Shown here: positions 57,505 through 64,000 of the stretch, in pieces
Numbering within the stretch: the first letter of the stretch is position 1
How the letters are laid out: the number at the start of each line of letters is the position of its first letter
Source: the human T2T-CHM13v2.0 reference genome, Homo sapiens
Reading direction: 5' to 3' (one strand)
NCBI RefSeq assembly: GCF_009914755.1
Contig: NC_060931.1
DNA length: 64,000 nt
Notes under the pieces: generated by a model
The model's input: the letters and a program-made list of their open reading frames with translations, nothing else
Told to the model about the DNA's origin: nothing
Databases searched by the model: none
Position numbers and translations under genes: made by a program

Positions 57505-57745
57505 TTAAGTACAACATATTCTAGCTGTCAGAGACACTAGATGCTGTTCTAAGCACTCTGCATACATTAAAGTTCATGTTTAACAAACTTCTTGGCATTG
57601 ACACTACTATTAGCTAAATTGTAGAGAAGAAGAAACTGACTCCAGAATGTTGAATTCACTTGCTTAAGATTACCAATTATGAAGTAGTGGAAGGTTTTGA
57701 ACCCCTGTAGTCTGACTTCAAATTCATGTCGCACTTTGCCTCTCA
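57505..57745 (-). mobile_element. MIR
   Basis: CTGTTCTAAGCACT...GAAGAAACTGAC...CACTTGCTTAAGAT...TTTGAACCC...TCTGACTTCAAA. Confidence 0.7.
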
Positions 57746-58234
57746 GAATCTTGTCAATCCAATGAAGATGTGGAGGAAAACGTTATTTAATGAACTTAAA
57801 ACCTAAATTCAAACTCAACCTTAGCTAAAAAGTCTTTAAAACACTTTATATACATTTATTCATTAATAAATGTATACAATTTAATTAGATGCCAGTCTCC
57901 TAAAGTTTTCTTAGGAGGAGGGTGATTTGATATCATTTTTAATAACTCTCTATGAATTACACAGATTCTCTACCTAAGGAGCACTAAATTATTTCCCACA
58001 TTCAAAACTATTTGACTACTGTAGCTGTGGGTATACTGATTTTTAGAAGGGTTTAAGATGTCAGGCATAACATTCACCAATTACGAATTTAGCCTTCCTA
58101 ATCAGTTTTTTCTACTTCAGCTTTTCTCCTCTGTCAGTTCTCCATGCAGCAGCCTCGTCCCTCCTCCTTCTACCCCCAACCCCTGGCCACCTCCCCTGCC
58201 CCATGAGTCTTTGAAATCCAAAGCCAATCCAATA

Positions 58235-58323
58235 CCCATGTCTTCCTACGGCTTCACATTTCGTAGAAAAACCCAAATCCTAAAATACTCTGCATGGCCT
58301 CCCATGACTTGACACCTTTCCCC

Positions 58324-58376
<53 letters not shown>

Positions 58377-58802
58377 CTCAGAGCTTCTAACTACTGACTC
58401 CTTACCAGCCACCCTAGTCTCTTGCTATTTTTTGTACATGTCATGAACACTACAAGTTTGTTCCATTTTTTGGAGCATTTTTTGAATCTGGAGAACTCCA
58501 TGGTTCACTCTCACTTCCTTCACATCTCCTCTCAAAACATCGTCTTATCAAGGAGATCTTCCCAAATCTTCCCTCACCCTACCCACACGAATTCTTATTA
58601 CCATGCTTTGTTTTTCCCCAAAAGACTTAACACTATCTAACATATGACTCTACATTAAATTGCTCATTTGTTTTTTATCTGTCTTGTCCCTAAGAATATG
58701 ATCTCCTTGAGGACAGAGACTGGTTTTGTTTACTAGATATCTCTAGCACCTGGCTCACAGTAGGCATTCAACAGATATTTGCTGAATGAATAATTAATGA
58801 AC
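58235..58802 (+). mobile_element. L2a 3' portion
   Basis: AGAATATGATCTCCTTGAGGACAGAGACT...CCTGGCTCACAGTAGGCATTCAACAGATATTTGCTGAATGAA. Confidence 0.75.
58325..58374. repeat. Compound (TC)11(AC)14 microsatellite
   Basis: Direct reading. Confidence 0.95.
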
Positions 58803-60115
58803 AAATCCAAAAAGAACTGTACAATGTATGAATTGTGTAGTGAGATACATGCAATAATTGTTTTTATTCTTTGGTGATGTATACATCCCCAGAATGATTT
58901 TTACATAATTTGAATACAGTAAATTGTTACTTTGTCATTTTCTGCAGGGGAAAGAATGTTGTTTTAGATTCTAACTGTGCCACATTTTATCAGTGGGACA
59001 ATACTTACCTTTTTCATCTTTTTGATATTGTTTTCTTGACTGTAATTTGAGGATAATAGCACCTATCCCTATCTCGCAGATTTTAATGAGGAGAAAACAC
59101 TTAGAAGATACTAATTTAGAGTTATATAGAAATATTAGGCTAATATACAGCTGTGCATCATTGAGAGCATTTATGCTCCTCACAAAACGGAATTTCAGCC
59201 CACTTGTATTATATCAAAATAGCACCAACTCCACACCACTTCCCAAAACTGGCACAAATGGAATTTCTCCAGTTATGCTTCCTTTTCATTCAGTTCTTGG
59301 AGCAATGTGAGATAAATTGCCTTTGTCCTAACCCGAATGTGTGAATTACCAACTAGCATTATTTATTCATACCAATGCTTCCCTTCATTGACACTGAATA
59401 ATTGAGAGTTGATTGTGTTTAGGAAGATCAACAATCCCATGGTTCAGTTCACTTTTGAGAGCAGAGAACTCACCAACCTTCAAAAGAATTAATGTATTTC
59501 AAAAAACACAATGTTTAAGTGCCCAATTTTTAGCTACACTAAAAATTGGTAATTATATTAATGAAAAATACAGATTAAAAATTAAGAACTGGTAGAATTA
59601 TAAGTAATAATGTGGTAAGTATATGTACAGTTGTTTATTTTGTTTTAACTATTACATATAAACATTTATTAAATATAAATAAAAACATTTTTAGTAGCTA
59701 TTATGGTCAGGTTTTTTAATTTTTTTGTTTGTTAGTAAACAAAAAAAAAAGTCATTGAAGCTATTGGACTACATTAGCATCACATCAACTTCTCCTAACT
59801 TTCAGGAGTTAGGAAAAGGTAGCAATTATAGTCTTAACAATTCACTTTAGAATCAAATAATTAATCATTCATTGCCCATGGCACTAATAAGTCATTAGTC
59901 TTGTGGAGGCTCATTATGAAGAGAAATATGTAGACGGGTTCATTTAGGTAATCCTTTCTGAATGTTGATGAAGTTATTTGTAGATGATACTTGCATGTTA
60001 GGATCAATTATAACAAATTAGTGAGGGATTTTTTCTCCTTTTTCATAAAGGCAGGGAAGATAGAGTCTGTCTAAACTAACTAAGAATTATAGTTTTAGGA
60101 TGCCTTTGAGGTTTC

Positions 60116-60419
60116 TTTTTTCTTTTTTTTTTTTTTTGGAGACAGATTCTTGCTCTGTCTCCCAGGCTGCAGTGGTGCTATCTCAGCTCACTGCAACCTC
60201 CAGCTCCTGGGATCAAGACATTCCTGTGCCTCGGCCTCCTTAGTAGGGGGGATTAGAGGCATGCACCACCATGCTGAGCTAATTTTTTCTATTTTTAGTA
60301 GAGACAGGTTTTCGCTATGTTGGCCAGGCTGGTCTTGAACTCCTGGCCTCAAGTGATTCACCCACTGCCTCAGTCTACCAAAGTGCTGGGATTACAGGAG
60401 TGAGCCCCCGCACCTGTCC
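60116..60419 (-). mobile_element. Alu (AluSz/Jb-like)
   Basis: Antisense dimeric Alu with CTCCTGGCCTCAAGTGAT; degenerate TSD ending AGGTTTCTT. Confidence 0.93.
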
Positions 60420-61959
60420 TTCTTCAAGGTTTCTTCACATGTGAAGTGAATAATGAATGGAGCAATTTTTTGATGAAACACAATTTTTATATCTTAATCT
60501 ATTGACCTGATCAGCTCATAAAATTCTAATAACTGCACAAACGTGCTGAAGCAGGTTTCGACATATGTACCTGAAGCATGTTTTCAGACATGTACATTTG
60601 GAGGCTTTTAACCTTAAAAGACTTTGAAGTCAACAAATACACGTAATCAATGTTGACATTTTATCATTATTTTTCTTCTCACAAGGAAATAATGTGTTTT
60701 TGATTTATCTAAATTCATTTAACTTTTTAATTCTCTATCCCACTTATGATACAGATTTAGGTTGTATCTATGTGAAAATTAAAATTTTTACATTTTTACA
60801 CATTTAGATACTCTATTTTGGAAAACAAATTATTGGACTGATTTATTTCACTAAAGTGATCCTCCAGTTACATTTCTTGGAACTGACTAGTTGTTTTGGT
60901 TTAGAAGGATACATTTAAGTAGGTGAGTACTATATAAAGATATGAAAAAACCTTGTTATATTTTAAATAGTTACAATAGTTGAGAGTTTGGTTTGTTGAT
61001 TTCGTTTTTTGTTTGTTTTTTACTTTTTTTTACTTTTCTAATTGTCAAATTTTTGTTTTTTGCACATGTAAGTATAACAGAATGTGTCATTCTGGTAAAA
61101 TTCACATTTAATATGAAAACATTTATTTTAAGAAACCAACAAAGCCACTTAAAATATCCATCCAAAGGTCCTACAAATTAAAACTACTCTATAGTTCAGG
61201 AATTGTTTTGAAGACAATTTGATTTAAACCATGCCACTACTCTAGCAAAACACACAGGCTAACATTTAATGTGTTATTATTAACAATTTAAACCCACTAA
61301 TGAGCACTTAAGTGTGAATTCATTAATAATAATGTCCTAAACTTTGCCCTTAGATGCTCACATGTAGTTTCCATTGAGGTCAATGGGATATATACTAGAA
61401 GGACTAAGCAATTGATATACTGATTTATTTTTTATCTATCACCTACTAATGCTTACAAGGTATAAGTTCCTGGAAAAGATGTGGCAAATCTGAATTATAT
61501 AAGTTAAATCTGATTTTCACATTCAAAAACTGAGGTGATTAAAAATTTTGCTCATGACCAGTGACCTGCCCATATTCTTACCTGTCCACACCAAAAACTC
61601 AAAAGACAGTTACAATGCTTTGTAACTATCAAAAATATTTTTCTAAAAAAACTGTCAAAAATACAGGAAATCAGTTGTGAGGCAGAAGTCATCGTTCAGG
61701 TTTCTCGAAAACAGTATATAAATTGCAAATGTCTGCATACAAACACCCCACAAATACACGTCACACTAAGCCCAGGGAATTCATATCCAGATCCTTATGG
61801 TTTAAACCAAATATTATAGTAGTCAATTCTAATTTATATCCCTATCTAATATAAGTATTTATAAAATGTGTTTAAATAGGACATTTCAGTACACAATCAT
61901 GTGAAGTTTTTTGGTTTGTTTGTTTTTTTACTGATTTTTAAAGTAGTATACTTTTATAG

Positions 61960-62231
61960 CAGTGGTCCCCAACCTTTTTGGCACTAGGGACTGGTTTTAT
62001 GGAAGACAATTTTTCCATGGACAGGAGCTGGTGGGGAATGGTTTCAGGATGAAATTGTTCCACCTCAGATCATCAGGCATTAGTTAGATTCTCATAAGAA
62101 GCATGCAACCTAGATCCCTCTCACCTGTAGTTCACTATAGGGTTCATGCTCCTCTAAGAATCTAATGTGGCCTGGTTCCTAACAGGTCACAGACCTGTCC
62201 TGGTCTGTGGCCCAAGGATTGGGGACCCCTG
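61960..62231 (+). mobile_element. MER1 (MER1A/B, hAT-Charlie), internally shortened
   Basis: TIRs CAGTGGTCCCCAA...TTGGGGACCCCTG; perfect 8-bp TSD TTTTATAG at 61952-61959 and 62232-62239. Confidence 0.93.
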
Positions 62232-62669
62232 TTTTATAGCAACAAATTAGATAGTGATTGTGTAGTACCGTAAATGAGTTATTAAGTTAGGAATTTCATT
62301 CCTACTTAAAATGCATTCTTATTTTGTTGCATTTTTTAAACTTTTTCTTTCTTTGTAATATTATTTAATAAGATGAAGGTCCTCCAGCTTATACTTTGCA
62401 TTTTTTTCACACCCAAAATGACAGATATAAATTGCTCTCACTCTTCCCATTGGGTTAACCACCCTCCAGCCCAGTTGACCTATTCATCTTCCCTATACTT
62501 GCTCCTGCTTTCCTGCTTCTGCCACTTCCTCTTCTGCTTTTCTCACCTTCACTGTCACCTCACATCAAAGTATTCCTTCATGGCTCAGTGGAAACACATA
62601 TATTTTGTGAAGCCCTCCCTGATCTCTCCATCTGGAAGGGAATATTCCTGTCTCATGAGTTTTTATTGC

Positions 62670-63291
62670 TGTATCGGGCAGAAAAACAGAATCCACACCA
62701 GTTGTATTACAAGAGATAATTTATATTAGAAATTGTTTAAATACATGTGAAAAGGTTAAAGGGAAAGAGGAGAACCCTAAGGTTATGAAGAAATAGTAGT
62801 TGCAAGAAGATATCACCTCTAGGACTGGGAGAACAGAAAGAAAAGATTGGGAGTATTAGAACCTACAATCTCTGAAGAAGGTTCCCGTGGAGCTGAGACC
62901 CACACCTTTGGAGGGATATGTTCCCCTGTTAATGCCTCAGGAACTCAGAGACTCCTACAGAGTTGGGACTCACCACCCCAAAAAAGAGGCATCCCAGCTG
63001 GCTGGGGCTTGTTTCCACCTCTGGGATTGAGAGAAAAATGAACTATGGAGCTAATAGATGCTGTGAAGGTGACAAGCATGTGGTGATGCCGAGGTGAGGT
63101 TGATAGGAGCAGGAAGCCAAACGTTGAAATGGCAGATCCTTTCCCTTTCCTTCAGCCAAGTCCTCTCTTCATGAGATAAAACTAATCAAGAGTCAGAAGA
63201 AGAAGAAAGAGAAGGAGAAGGAGAAGGTCTGATAGCACAAAACAAAGTATAGGAGGGTAGATTTGACCCATGAGAGAATATGTAACCAGCA
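62670..63291 (-). mobile_element. ERVL LTR (LTR41-like), inserted in an L2 relic
   Basis: ACAGAATCCACACCAGTT...AATAGTAGTTGCAAGAAG...CCTCTAGGACTGGGAGAACA...GAGCTGAGACCCACACCT resembles LTR41; subfamily uncertain. Confidence 0.6.
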
Positions 63292-64000
63292 CCTTAGCAT
63301 TTTAATTATACCTCTTCTCAGCACTTTCTTTCTTCTGATGTAGTCTTCTGTATTATATTATCTCCCATCAGTCTCTAAGATCCTTGAAAATAATATCTTG
63401 GTAGGATTCATATTTTGATCTTCCAAATTTCAAGTAATACTGTTTAATAAGGGAATATATGAATTCCACCAAATTAAAGACTTTTCCTTTTCAATTACAA
63501 GTACTGAATGTTTTATTATAAAATAAGAGCATTAGAAAATTAGTTTTATTCTTTTATTCGGCACTGCAAATAATTTTCCTGGGATTTTATTATGTTTATT
63601 ACAATACACGTATCCAAACAAATACACGCCAAGAGAGTGTCCTTTTTAAAATGTATCTTTTATTATCTGTCCATATAATTACATGTATCCGTCCATATAA
63701 TTATACAGATATTGCTTCAATTTCTTGAAAGATTGTTGTTTCTTAGTCCAGTCTTACTTTTTTCTCCCTTTTCCAATAAAAGAAAGTGACAGCAGAATCA
63801 GAAAGACACCCTGATGGCTTTCTAAATCCGAATGAACTGAAGAAAGAGGCTTCATAGGCTAGGACATGAAAAATCTGGGGTTCACAATGAAGATCTTTAT
63901 GTTACTCACATCCAGAAATGACTTACTGGCAAAAGTCTGTGTATTTACTGCCGGACTCTCCAAGTGCTGAAAGTGGATCATATGGGGTTGGATTGGCCAA

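Overview
AT-rich, CpG-depleted primate genomic DNA, most likely human or another hominoid, given AluY/S/J, THE1D and L1PA15/16 elements. It reads as intergenic or deep intronic sequence. I found no credible protein-coding exon, RNA gene, CpG island or CRISPR-like array. The listed ORFs are transposon remnants (Alu, MaLR internal ORF, L1 5'UTR) or chance frames. The recognisable content is: an internally deleted L1PA15/16; about 11 Alu/FLAM copies; MaLR/ERVL LTR elements (THE1D, MSTC/D with internal region, MLT1A/D/E/J, LTR41-like); DNA transposons (MER20, MER47A, MER53, MER1); many L2, MIR and L1M relics; and microsatellites. Repeat subfamily names come from remembered consensus sequences and need RepeatMasker/Dfam confirmation. 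The most unusual structures not explained by repeats are three locally templated rearrangement scars within about 15 kb. (1) A 39-bp inverted duplication whose spacer carries a 27-bp patch matching sequence 825 bp downstream (6183-6342). (2) A 92-bp near-perfect fold-back with iterated short copies inside a MIR (19300-19571). (3) A perfect 52-bp dispersed direct duplication (20519 and 21071). These resemble template-switching or polymerase-theta-type repair products. I see no evidence for a new gene system.
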